A stretch of DNA of 63,618 bases, filler included, from Basidiobolus ranarum (GCA_040143965.1; 34 parts of 34 records of this genome joined end to end with filler, not necessarily neighbours in it); one strand, 5' to 3'; numbered from the whole stretch's first letter, positions 1 through 11,498 are shown. Notes: generated by a model not told the origin, from the letters alone. Numbers and translations are program-made.

Positions 1-992
1 AAAAGCAGCTAAAGAAGTACTCAAGGAGCAGGAAGTTAGAAAACCCAAGGGAAAAGCAAAGGAGCCAGTGAGCGTAGGCTCTACTGTCTCACTTACTGCA
101 TTCTTCAACATTACAAAGATTAGCAAATCCAGAGTCAGATATATTGGCAAAAAAGCTTAATTTCACCATTGAACCAGGTACACCAGTTCACAGAGTGCTA
201 AATTTGGAACTTTATCCAACACCTGGCACCTCTCAACAAGCCAAAACACCAGCAAATAAAACTCATGGCTCTCCAACCTCAACTGGTACTTTTCAAAGTG
301 TTGAAATTAGCCCAAAGTTAAAGGCAAGCAAAAAGCCATACAAATACTGCAAAGCACCCTCAATAATGTCACACTACAAGGACATACAAAAAGTAGTCAA
401 AGTGCTTGAGGAGTATTTTCAAAAGTATGAAGGGAAAAATGCAGTGCAAGTATGCAGAAAGTGGCTTCTGAAGAAGAACATTCAACTCAACATTCAGTCT
501 GGTGTTTACTGTGCAGATATCTGGGAAGAACTTAATACAGAGTGGCACAATATTGCAGGGTATCTGCCAGATAGCTGGAAGAATATTGATTCAGCAACAT
601 TAATACAATTGTGGGCTCTGATGGAGATATTGATACAAACTTGCATTGGGTATGGGCTAAACCTTGGGTATGAAGAACTCTATGAAATTATTCAGGAGAA
701 TATATAAAAGTGACTAGGGATTTCAAAGGTGACAGTTTAGCATTCAAGTAGTAATTGTGTAAAATTTGAGTTACATTTTTTGCACATGTGTTATTCCATA
801 GTTCTCTGAGATTGTAGCCAATCATGCACAGCTGTTTTGCAAGATCTTGAAATTTCACTCTTGAAACTGAAAAAATTGATTAAAATCAAATCTAACTTGA
901 TGATTTTATGATGGAAAGTAAATGGTCAATCCCAAATAGATTAAAATTGTGACAGCTTTCCTACAGCAACAATCCTCAAATTTCTGTTAGGG
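1..992 (+). mobile_element. CACTA/EnSpm-like family: C-terminal part of accessory ORF2 plus 'left' terminus
   Basis: ORF 144-707 recurs at 40537-41140, 33900-34440, 28172-28310 and 58116-58300; homology stops sharply at ...AAATTTCTGTTAGGG (992). Confidence 0.85.
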
Positions 993-1465
993 TTGTGCAA
1001 TCCCAACACAAGAACTTTGCTGATAAGAAAAGAAAGCCAAACCCAGATCTCAAGCCAGGAGATTATGTATGGCTAATCTGTAAAAATATCAAGACCACTA
1101 GACCTTGTGATAAGCTTGATCATAAAAGACTAGGGCCTTTTGAGATTATTTAGTAAATCAATTCAATACCCTTCCACCTTGAACTCCCAGACCACTGCAA
1201 AGTCTACAATGTATTCTATGTGTCACTCCTAAAGCCACATTCCAGAAATACCATTCATGGCCAATCCATTGATGCATCCCTCACAATCCAAGTAGAAGAA
1301 CATTCTGAATATGAAGTTAGCAAAATTCTAGATTCCAGAATTTATCAACATAAATTGCAATGTTTAGTGGACTGGAAGGGATACTCAACAAATGATCAAT
1401 CATGGGAGCCAGAAACAAACCTTTCCAACTCTAAGGAACTTTGCAAGGAGTTTCATGAAGCCTAG
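993..1465 (+). mobile_element. Ty3/gypsy (chromovirus) pol 3' end: integrase C-terminus plus chromodomain, degenerate
   Basis: KLDHKRLGPF-like GPF motif near 1110-1140; EYEVSKILDSR...LVDWKGYSTNDQSWEPETNL chromodomain. Confidence 0.85.
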
Positions 1466-1505
1466 TCAGAAAAACCTGGCTCTATGATGTCTGGAAGCCA
1501 TCACT

Positions 1506-1526
1506 AAAGGAGGGGATACTGTCATG
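1506..1526 (+). promoter_or_regulatory. Polypurine tract and start of 3' LTR of the chromovirus
   Basis: AAAGGAGGGGA (1506-1516) followed by TGTCATG at 1520. Confidence 0.7.
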
Positions 1527-1609
1527 ATTCTCATCTTGGTATACTCATCCACTGCAAATAGAACTCTTCTATTGTTAGATTATGACATCATATCTGCTGT
1601 ACCATCCTT

Positions 1610-1782
1610 TAATATGGTGACAAATCTTAACTTGACTAAAAACAACTCAAATCAGATGTTCTTGGATTCAATTGAAAGCCACAAATTTTTTTATTTTTCT
1701 ACAGGTGGAAGTTTAATGTGTATAATGGCAGGAACATGGCCAGATACTGCATATTCTGTTGGAGTTATATCCTAATACCTTC
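1610..1782 (+). mobile_element. Ty1/copia RT fragment
   Basis: GSLMCIMAGTWPDTAYSVG resembles copia GSLMYxMxxTRPDIAYAVG; similar to the 56627-56800 copy. Confidence 0.75.
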
Positions 1783-1882
1783 NNNNNNNNNNNNNNNNNN
1801 NNNNNNNNNNNNNNNNNNNNNNNNNNTTAATTAATTAANNNNNNNNNNNNNNNNNNNNNNNNNNNNNNNNNNNNNNNNNNNN
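1783..1882. other. Artificial contig linker (first of 33 identical ones; last at 61752-61851)
   Basis: 44 N + TTAATTAATTAA (stops in all six frames) + 44 N, recurring every ~1.87-1.88 kb; contig lengths fall from 1782 to 1767 bp. Confidence 0.98.
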
Positions 1883-1884
1883 TT

Positions 1885-2478
1885 CGTAAATCCAGACGTA
1901 TTGAGGGCCAAATGTTTGGTGTTGGTTTCCGAAGCCCTAGAGGAGGTAGGGTTGAAACAGGGATATCTCTTTATAGTATTCCTTGGAAAAAAAAGCAGTG
2001 CCTAGAGCAGATAAACAAGGTACAGAAAGATGCGGAGGAATTGGCTACTTCTATTCAGCGATATGTAGACATCTTTTTGCCAGACATAAAGCAAGACTGG
2101 TGCTGTATACAGATGGAGTATCAAACCCCGACCTTACATCGTGATACCTCGCTGCCGAGTTTCTTTGCTACCAAGGATTACTCCACTAAGATTCATGTAG
2201 ACAATGATAAAACTCAGTATGCCATTGGTGTGAGTTTTATTGATGGGAATGTTGAAGAGCAATACTTCGTTATTCCCAAATATAAAATAGCCGTTCCGTT
2301 GAGTCACAACTTATTATGGTTTTGGCGACCTTCCATTGATGCACACGGGACTACCTCCGTTAATTCTAAAACAAAAGGACATCGATATACCGCAGTTTTC
2401 CAAATCCCAGGAAGACTGGGTAAGAAAAGGACGTATGAAGAGGAGCCCCAGGCATCAACGACTACTCGAGCTCCGTGA
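1885..2478 (+). CDS. TET/JBP-like 2OG-Fe(II) dioxygenase, 5'-truncated by the contig edge
   Basis: Frame open from the contig start (RKSRRIEGQMFGVGFR); HxD = HVD (2194-2202); FVIPKYKIAVPL strand; distal His in DAHGT (2344); Arg in RYTAVFQ (2383); CpGs retained. Confidence 0.75.
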   Translation, partial: RKSRRIEGQMFGVGFRSPRGGRVETGISLYSIPWKKKQCLEQINKVQKDAEELATSIQRYVDIFLPDIKQDWCCIQMEYQTPTLHRDTSLPSFFATKDYSTKIHVDNDKTQYAIGVSFIDGNVEEQYFVIPKYKIAVPLSHNLLWFWRPSIDAHGTTSVNSKTKGHRYTAVFQIPGRLGKKRTYEEEPQASTTTRAP

Positions 2479-3551
2479 TTCATCAATAAAAAGCCATACA
2501 ACTCACTACGCTACGTTGCACTATCGCCATTGAATCCATGTTGCTTCACCTATATTTTGACAAGTTTGTTGTATATATATTAAACACCATCAACCTGGGA
2601 ATATATAAGCATAAATTTCAATACTGCCTTTATTAACTAATTACTATAGTTTTATTGGATTTTTGTGCGCTGACCCTTGCTACTGCATAATTAACTGAGG
2701 TTTACTGATTCAGTCATACATTACAAGAAGAATCATAATTTAGTGGCACGAATTAGCACTTCTTTTTACTTATATAGTAATGAAGTAGAGCTTGACACAT
2801 GATCGCCGATTATTTTGCAACATGCGTTGTAAGGTGGTAAGAAAGAATTCCAAAATAATTCCAAAATCGGAGTTCAGGTATAGTAGAGAAATATTATAAT
2901 TTACTATAAGGTACATTGGTGAATTTTTAAGAGAAGGAAGTAGCTACCATTCTGAATGTCGTTATAAATGCACTTTAACTGATGTCTTTCTTTATTCTTG
3001 CATACATCGAACATAGTTAGATGTGGTGAATGAATTGGATTCAATTAAGGAGCTGTAATCAGTTGTATTTATGTTTCAAGAGCCAGCTCATATTAGATGA
3101 TGCTTTTTATTAATATGAATATCAGCACTCTCACTGTAAGGTTAGTATAGTTTGACAACAGGGCCATTATATATATAGTCTCAAATTACCACGGACTATG
3201 TATGATGACACTGATCACCAAACAAAAGAGACGACATTCATAATTCTCAACGAAGGTCCAGAACTTTATTACCTTGGTGTGGACCAAGCATTTTGACAAT
3301 CTAGAGCTATTCATTGTCAAACCAGTAGTAGATAGTGTCATTCCCCTGGAATACGGCCATGACCTTTGGTGCATAAAATTCAACATATAATAAACAGAGA
3401 AGGTGAACTCGTCGATTTTTCCAAACTTGTATATTTACTTCCCCATTTGGTCTAATTCCACTTTATTTCAACAATCGATATATATCTAGTAAGGTATATG
3501 CATATATGTATATAAAAACGATATAGTTTCATCATTTTCATAACGTTGTAC

Positions 3552-3662
3552 CTAGTATTTATAGGCTGACCCACCACTTCCACCACCATTGCCTCCATAG
3601 TCACCACCAGATCCGCCACCACCACCGCTGTATTTTCCACCGCTTCCACCACCATTGCCTCC
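3552..3662 (-). CDS. C-terminal fragment of a glycine-rich protein
   Basis: Minus-strand frame GGNGGGSGGKYSGGGGGSGGDYGGNGGGSGGSAYKY*, running off the contig end. Confidence 0.65.
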   Translation of the reverse strand, partial: GGNGGGSGGKYSGGGGGSGGDYGGNGGGSGGSAYKY

Positions 3663-3763
3663 GNNNNNNNNNNNNNNNNNNNNNNNNNNNNNNNNNNNNN
3701 NNNNNNNTTAATTAATTAANNNNNNNNNNNNNNNNNNNNNNNNNNNNNNNNNNNNNNNNNNNN

Positions 3764-5544
3764 TGATAGCAAAGTCTACGAAAAGGTATACACTGCTGAT
3801 ATGTGACTAACTGTATGGTCATACAAAACGTTGGGTTTGGGAGGACACTAAAAGGATAATGAGTTTACGAAGTGGTATAGAATCGCTAAAGACTACGGAC
3901 AAATGACAAAGGGTACGGTGATGACCAACCACGGGTGTGGGAAAAACTTAAAGGAGAGTGAACAAAGTGCAAAAGACTACTGACAAGTGATAATGAGCAT
4001 AGAGCCAGGAATAACGGGTATGGGAACACTTAAAGCAGAGTTAACCTAATGCCGGAGGCTACGGGAAAATATAACAAGCAGTATGGGAAACACTTACAAG
4101 AGAGTTTGCGAAGTGCGAAAAACTACTGAGACATGACGAAAGGTATGGTCATAACAAACAAGCGGTATGGGAAACATTAGAAACAACGGGTATGGGAAAT
4201 ACTTCAAGCAGTCTACAAAGTGCGTAAGACTACTGTTAAATGTCAAAGGGTTTGGTGTCAAGAAACAACGGGAAGAGGAAACAATAGTACAGCAAAATTG
4301 CTACTCTGCCAAAAAGCGAGCGGTATGGGACACACTAAAAAGAGAATGCACGCAGTGCAAGAGACTACTAAAAATGAAATGGGTATGAGAGACACTTAAT
4401 GTAGAGCTTACAAAGTACTCAAAACTACTGAAAAAAGACGAAAGGTGTGGTGATAACAAACAAACGGTATGGGAAACATTTACAGCATAGTCAAGGCAGT
4501 GCTAAATACTACTGAAAAGTGATGAAGGGTATGGTGCCAAGAAATGACCGGTATGGAAAACACTTAAAGCACATTTTATCAAGTGCTATATACAACTGAC
4601 AAGTGGCAAAGAGTAAGACTACTAACAAAAGACACAAGTATAGTGCCAAGAACCAAGCGGTATGGGAAATACTTAATGAAGAGTTTATAAAGTGCTAGAG
4701 ACTATAGGAAACACTGATAGCAAAGTCTACGAAAAGGTATACACTGCTAATATGTGACAAACTGTATGGTCATACAAAAGGTTGGGTTTGGGAGGACACT
4801 AAAAGGAGAATGAGTTTACGAAGTGGTAAAGATTTGCTAAAGACTACTGACAATTGATAATGCGCTTGGTGCCAAGAACAACGGGTATGAGAACACTTAA
4901 CCGAGAATTTACGTAGTTTTAGAGGCTACTGGAAAACATAACGAGCAGTATGGGAAACACTTAGAAGAGAGTTAAGGAAGTGCGAAAGACTACTGAAAAA
5001 TGACAAAGGTTACTCTATCAAGAAATGATAGATATGGGAAATACTTGAAGGAGAGCCTATGCAGTTAGAGAGACTACTGGCAAATATCGAATGGTTTGGT
5101 GCCTACAAACGACGGGTATGGGAAATACTTGATAGAGAGTCTTGAAAGCACTAAAGATTACTGATTAATGACAAAGGGTATGATGCCAAGACACAACGGG
5201 TATGGGAAAATCTTACTGACAAATGACAAAGGGTACGAGCCATTAAACAAGCGGTATAGGAAACACTAAAAGGATAGTCTACGCAGTGCTAAAGACTACT
5301 GACAAATGACGATGGGTATGAAAAACGCTTAATTCAGAGTATACGCAGTGCTAAAGACTACTCAAAAAAGACGAAAGGTATGGTGATAACAAACAAGCGG
5401 TATGGGAAACATTTACAGCAAAGCCAAGGCAGGGCTAAATACTACTGACAATCGATGAAGGGCAAGGTGCCAAGAAATGACCGGTACGGAAAACACTTAA
5501 AGCACATTTTATCAAGCGCTAAATACAACTGAAAAGTGAAAAAG
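3764..5544. repeat. Diverged 84-bp satellite with ~0.93-0.95-kb higher-order repeat
   Basis: GGTATGGGAAACACTT...AGTGCTAAAGACTACTGA motif recurs at 84-bp spacing (4468/4552, 5113/5197); blocks 3764~4715 and 4437~5370 are near-identical. Confidence 0.9.
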
Positions 5545-5645
5545 NNNNNNNNNNNNNNNNNNNNNNNNNNNNNNNNNNNNNNNNNNNNTTAATTAATTAA
5601 NNNNNNNNNNNNNNNNNNNNNNNNNNNNNNNNNNNNNNNNNNNNT

Positions 5646-6455
5646 CATCGTGGTGCTGGCGCTTATATTTGAGGCGAAGAGACAGATTTAATTGAATCAA
5701 TTGAAGGAAAGCAGGGAAAACCTAGATTGAAGCCCCCGTTTCCTGCTGATGTAGGTCTTTTTGGTTGCCCTACCACCGTATCTAATGTTGAAACTGTTGC
5801 TGTCGCACCTACCATTTGTAGACGTGGTGGTAGCTGGTTTGCAGGATTTGCCCGTGAACGAAACAGTGGTAATAAATTATTTTGTATTTCTGGACATGTC
5901 AATAATCCTTGTACCGTCGAAGAAGAGATGTCCATCCCATTAAAAGAACTTATCGAACGCCACTGTGGTGGTGTTCGCGGTGGATGGGATAATCTTTTAG
6001 CCATTATCCCTGGTGGTTCCTCTGTTCCACTTCTTCCTAAAAACATTTGTGAAGATGTTCTTATGGACTTCGATTCATTACGTGATGTTCAGTCAGGTCT
6101 TGGTACTGCGGCAGTTATTGTCATGGATAAATCCACTGATCTTGTCCGTGCAATTTCTCGTCTAGCTGCTTTCTATAAGCACGAGTCTTGTGGACAATGT
6201 ACACCCTGTCGTGAGGGTACCAGCTGGATGGCCAACATGATGACTCGATTCGAGCATGGTCAAGCACAGATTGACGAGATTGATATGATCGAGGAACTAT
6301 CTAGACAAATTGAAGGACATACCATTTGTGCATTGGGTGATGCTGCTGCTTGGCCTGTTCAAGGATTAATTCGTCATTTTAGACCAGACATTGAGAAGAA
6401 AATAGCTCAATACAAGCATGGATTAGAGCAGAATGTATCCGCTGTTCAATTCTAA
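5646..6455 (+). CDS. NDUFV1: Mitochondrial complex I 51-kDa flavoprotein subunit, 5'-truncated; in-frame TGA at 5670-5672 (possible pseudogene or base error)
   Basis: [42 protein letters not shown] and [14 protein letters not shown] motifs. Confidence 0.93.
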
Positions 6456-7170
6456 TGGCTTCAAGAACATTTCGAAATATTCTACATGATGTTTTTAAAA
6501 TCATTATCTCGCCGCTCACACTCCCCAATCCCATCCCCCACTGGATAATTCAAACTCTTTTTTCGCTCGCACCTCCCTCAACAACTCACACTAAGCCAAA
6601 TCATTCGTTTTTATCCTATGCTACTGAAAACATCTTTCAGTCTACAGTAAATACTTATCACACCAATTTAATCTGAACCGTGGACCGAACCCTTCTACGT
6701 AGTTTACAAGTTGGAGAGCTCAGATTAGTCAAGGACATGGCACGAGATAGGATAAAACGATATATTTTATTAGTATTAAATAAGAAACCAAATAAATCTT
6801 TTTAATAGTACAATATACTGAATTCGTATTTAGTCTTTGGTCAACAGAACAAATCTGAAGTTAAAGTTAACGAAGAGAACTATAACTTATAACTGGAAAG
6901 TATCATTGTTCAACGTTGAAAAGAATTCTTAACACCAAATCAATGAATAAGGCAATAGAAATGATAGAACAAATAGAAACTTTTTGGAATTCAAGATTGT
7001 ATGATTGATAAAATGGATATTGAAAGATCGACAAAAAAACCAACAAGCAAATGTAGAGAAAAGAAGATACATGTAAAACAACAAAAACCGGTAAGAAAAT
7101 GAAATAATGAGTGCAAATGGGTGAATCTGAGCATTATTTGCTCCTTTATAATAGCGCGTATGTGTGTTGA

Positions 7171-7425
7171 TCATTGCACATTAGTAGAGCCTTGATCGTT
7201 CGACTGTTGCAAATCATTCTCGGGTAGAGGTGCTACTTCTATCTGGTCAGCAGGATTGGCGGCGAAAGAATTTGCATTGGTCTCTTCCCGCTATATTCAA
7301 ATAGGATTTATGTAAAGCCCCTTAAGCAATCTTTGGTGTATGTCTTACCGCTAAAGTTTCATTGTTTACTGAATGTCCGTGAGCACCGCGCGAACCTTGA
7401 GAATGTGATCCAAAGCTATGTTGGA
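7171..7425 (-). CDS. Last two exons of an unknown gene (intron 7291-7348)
   Basis: 58-nt GTAAG...TAG intron joins open frames ...HSVNNETLA | REETNANSF...GSTNVQ*. Confidence 0.55.
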
Positions 7426-7525
7426 NNNNNNNNNNNNNNNNNNNNNNNNNNNNNNNNNNNNNNNNNNNNTTAATTAATTAANNNNNNNNNNNNNNNNNNN
7501 NNNNNNNNNNNNNNNNNNNNNNNNN

Positions 7526-9140
7526 AGAGTAGTTTGTTACTTAATAACATGTTTAGAACAAAAACTAGAATAATAATCTCCACCTTTTTAATTTTTAGTG
7601 CCATTATTTTTTGTGATGCACCCGGCCCATGGTACAACATGATGGAAACCTTTTTGGAATCACCACTCTTCCAATAATGAACAGCAGATCACTGCATTTA
7701 TATTAATAAAACAGGAAATTACATTCTTAACATGGCACTACATGTGGAGGACTTGATCATGGGCACAAATGATCTGAAAGCATTTATTTGGACAAAAAGC
7801 AGCTCAGTAAAACAATTTTGGATGCCCAATGTGATTAAATTAAGTTGCTTCCTTGTAATCCCAATCAAGAGAGATAAACACTATCAGAAAATCATGCTGA
7901 AGAAGTCTAGATACATCTTAGACTTCCTAGAATGCTTCAGCATGAAGAATAGCAAGCCTATATTGATACCAATGGATATATTGTGAAATTAATAAGCATT
8001 TTATGATATTTTGCCTAATATGATTTAAATCAAAGCCAGGAGTTTCCATAATAGTCCATTAACCCAACTGATTTCTTAATAACTCAAAATGTACTTGAGC
8101 TAAAGGTTTGGTTAAGATGTCAGCAATCATTTCTTCAGTGGGGCAATAGAAAAGTTTGATTATACCATTCTGCATTGCTTCTCTAACAAAAAGAAACCCA
8201 ATATATATATGTTTTGTTCTAGCATGAAATGTAGAGTTTTTAGTTAAGAAACTACCACTTTGATTATCTTCAAATACTACAATAGCATGTTTTTGCATGT
8301 ATCCTTAGTTTGAGAATAGCTCCCTGAACCACATAGCCTCTTGTGTAGTAGCAGGGGCAGCCATATTCTCTGCTTCTGTAGTGGAAAGTGCTACCATTGG
8401 TTGCTTCTTACTATTCCAAGTTATGGCTTCATTATCATAGAGAAAAGTCTACCCAGTTGTTGATCGTATATCATCAAGGTGTCTTCCTCAGTCTGTTTCA
8501 CTATAGCCCTCAAAATTGTGTGCATCTGGAGGGGTAGAGTATTCCAAAACTACATCTAATGTTCCTCTCAAATACCTGTGTACTGGTTTTACTACTGTTT
8601 TGCACTTGGATTTTGAATTTTTAAGATATTAGCTGACATTTCCCATTGCCACAGCAATATCTGGATGTGTTCCAACCATTGAAGATTTTAAACTACTCAC
8701 TGTGGATTGATATGAAGCTCCTGGCTTTGATTTGAGTCATTGCGGGTCAAATCAGATGAAATTTTGATTAATTTCACATTGAGATCCATTGGTGTTGATA
8801 CAGGCTTGCTAGTGTGCATGTTGTAGTGTTTTAGGGTATCTAGGTTGTATCTAGACTGATTGAGCATAATTTTCTGTTTGGGTGTATCTCTTTTGTTTTG
8901 GATTCCAAGAAAATTACTTAATTCCCCCATAACAGTCATCTGTAATTGGTCTAGTTTGCAGTTTACAGACCATATCAGGATGTTTTGGGTCAGTCAATCA
9001 ATCTGGTTGCTCCATATGGATCTCTTCAACTAGACTTCCACTCAGAAAGGCTGCTTTTACATCAATTGGATATAAATTAAGGTTATGGGTGGCTGAGAGT
9101 GCCAGGATTGAACTAATGGTGCTAAACCTAGCTTCTTATG
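7526..9140. mobile_element. Ty1/copia remnants: RT (+, ~7620-8055) facing RT/RNase H (-, ~8056-9140)
   Basis: LHVEDL (YVDD-like); FEDNQS, HARTKHI, ADILTKPL RNase H motifs; many stops. Confidence 0.9.
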
Positions 9141-9405
9141 GAAATGTTTCATAAATGTTGAAATTAGGTAAATAGCAACTCATTATTTAGTAGCTAGTTT
9201 ATTCATATTCTGATTATTTAGCACTCAATTCTGTTATTCAAAAACGTGTGTTTATTGCTCTAATTGATAGAAATATCAATTAGATCACTTTTACCAATTT
9301 TCACTNNNNNNNNNNNNNNNNNNNNNNNNNNNNNNNNNNNNNNNNNNNNTTAATTAATTAANNNNNNNNNNNNNNNNNNNNNNNNNNNNNNNNNNNNNNN
9401 NNNNN

Positions 9406-10931
9406 ACTTGATAAAGTCACTGGATAAGAGCAGGTGACTAGTTAGCAATAATGATAAACTAAACAGATATTCAAGCAAGTTGTATAGATATGGTGTAAGT
9501 TTAAGCAACTTTGTATGTTGGTGCATAACAAGCAGCTTTGTAGTTCATGCCTATGATTATCTACAAATCATTATGGTGTTCTGCGTGAGATTCCCTTGTT
9601 GCAATAAATCTATCCAAATTTTCTATGAAGGGGTGTTCAATAGTTGGCAAAGTAGGCATTTTGGAACTTGATGGTCTTGATGATGCGTTTGTTTGACTTT
9701 GCTCAACTATTGATTTACTATGTAATTGAGAGATTTTAAACTCTTCACTTGCACATTGCTAGAGAGGGATACATCTGGTAAATTGATCAATGCTTCATCA
9801 TTACTTGAGTTAGTTTCTAGCATGTTAATGCATTTCAAAGAGGATGGTGGATTGCTAAACTGCTCATCAAGTAAGTTCATTGTTCTTGCTAGTTTTTTAC
9901 CTTTTGTGCCAGCAGGCTTTTGCTTGCAAACCTTTTTAGATTTAGACTTTGAATACTTTTTGAATGGCATCAAAATTTTCGGATGGTAAACTTGTTGCAA
10001 TGAAATTGCTAAGAAACAGCTTATAGTGATCCAAAATTAACATCCATTACTGGAATTATCTTGTAATTCCCCCAATAACTCATCTGTGACACTATCTCAG
10101 AATCAGCTGATGATATTGATGTGTAATACCTAAAATGATGCCCTTATGTAGTGGGTGTTCTGTTACTACAATATCTTTATCATGCTACAGTTGGCCTACT
10201 TTTTTCTTGTGATAATCTGATAGCATTTGCAATGAAAGCTGCAAGACTGACTCCTTGGTTAGATATATCAAAATCCATAATATTATCATCTTAGCCATGG
10301 GGTAATCTATTCAAGCAATGGCACTTCCACTTGTGACAGGATATTTGTAGATTGCAAGTTGGCATGATATTGGCTAAAATCTTGGATGGAAATTTGACAA
10401 ATCCAGGAGCTTATTCTCAATGTTAATGGTAACTAGAGTTAACTAATTACCAAGTGTTCATGCTACTCTGAATTTCAGATGTTCAGCAATTTTTGCATGG
10501 TTAGTTTGCTGGCAGAGCATATTGATATTGTTTAGTTATATCTGATAGGTCAAGTAGGTGAATATATAGAGGCTAAACACAACAAGATTCTTGTCCTTTT
10601 TGAATCTCATTTTGGCAGGAAGATAACATGTTAAATTTCTAAATAAAGGCATGCATACTAATGCAAATCCTATATCAGTGAACCCATAATTTTGCCATTC
10701 AAAATTGGTTTTTTCTAGAAAGTGTAGGTAATTGAATAATGCATGCCAAATACAGAGGACTGATACTTCAGCATGTGTGATTACTATCACAATACCATTA
10801 AGAAGCCACTGGTATGCCACCAAAATCTGTGGCTGAATACAAGTTATTGTTACTGTGATGGTCCTCTGATGGTTTTGTGCTCCTGAAGGGTGGATTCCAT
10901 TCTGATCAAATTGATTTTATTTTTGTTAGAG
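9406..10931. mobile_element. Internally deleted CACTA-like element: ORF2 5' part (-), central spacer, transposase 3' tail (+), 'right' terminus
   Basis: Matches 12000-12400, then jumps at ~10195 to the transposase tail (cf. 47930-48380); ends ATTTTTGTTAGAG. Confidence 0.75.
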
Positions 10932-11284
10932 TAATTCTCCAAGCCACTTCAAACAGGCTCCCAAATATTTTAATAGGTGAGACTATGCAGCACTTCTGCT
11001 TTCAGTTCCAAAGGCAAATGAGTGTAGCTGGAATTTGTGGCATTGATCCATCATCCAATGCTAACTTTCAATTAAAGCTTCCATATAGAAAACCAATTTG
11101 TGCTGAGCTTGTCAGGTAGCCAGTCCCATCTCAATTCTTATGCTATCTCTGAAGTAGCTACCCTTGCCATCCCTACATATGCAGNNNNNNNNNNNNNNNN
11201 NNNNNNNNNNNNNNNNNNNNNNNNNNNNTTAATTAATTAANNNNNNNNNNNNNNNNNNNNNNNNNNNNNNNNNNNNNNNNNNNN

Positions 11285-11498
11285 TATTATGTTTCACCTT
11301 GCAATATCTATATAAGCACCATGTATTCCTTGATCAGACCTCAGTCTGATCAATGCCAGTTATCAATAAAGATTCTTGCAAAGTATCTTCCTTGTCCAGT
11401 CTTGTCTTGTCTTGTCTTGTGGTCTACACCCAAGTACTCTCCTGCCTTCTAGCCTCTTGTCGTTGTTCCCAGTCCTTGTCCAGTTTCTCATTGTGACA
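11285..11498 (+). mobile_element. LTR family L1, 3' part
   Basis: TATATAAG, 10-bp-stem hairpin, AATAAA, ends TGTGACA; copies at 37133-37438, 41496-41705 and 50302-50537 (all minus). Confidence 0.8.

Noticed and set aside
1827-1838. Regularly spaced TTAATTAATTAA palindromes as a biological repeat or CRISPR-like array
   Set aside because: Always centred in 44+44 N; a synthetic six-frame stop linker. ORFs ending in X...LIN are artefacts of it.
1-2478. TET-like gene as cargo of the adjacent CACTA/gypsy sequence
   Set aside because: They are on different contigs separated by an artificial linker; linkage is unknown.
3764-5544. C2H2 zinc-finger array (84-bp period) or CRISPR
   Set aside because: No CxxC...HxxxH or TGEKP pattern in the frames I translated; frequent stops; the sequence between conserved motifs is homologous between units rather than unique.
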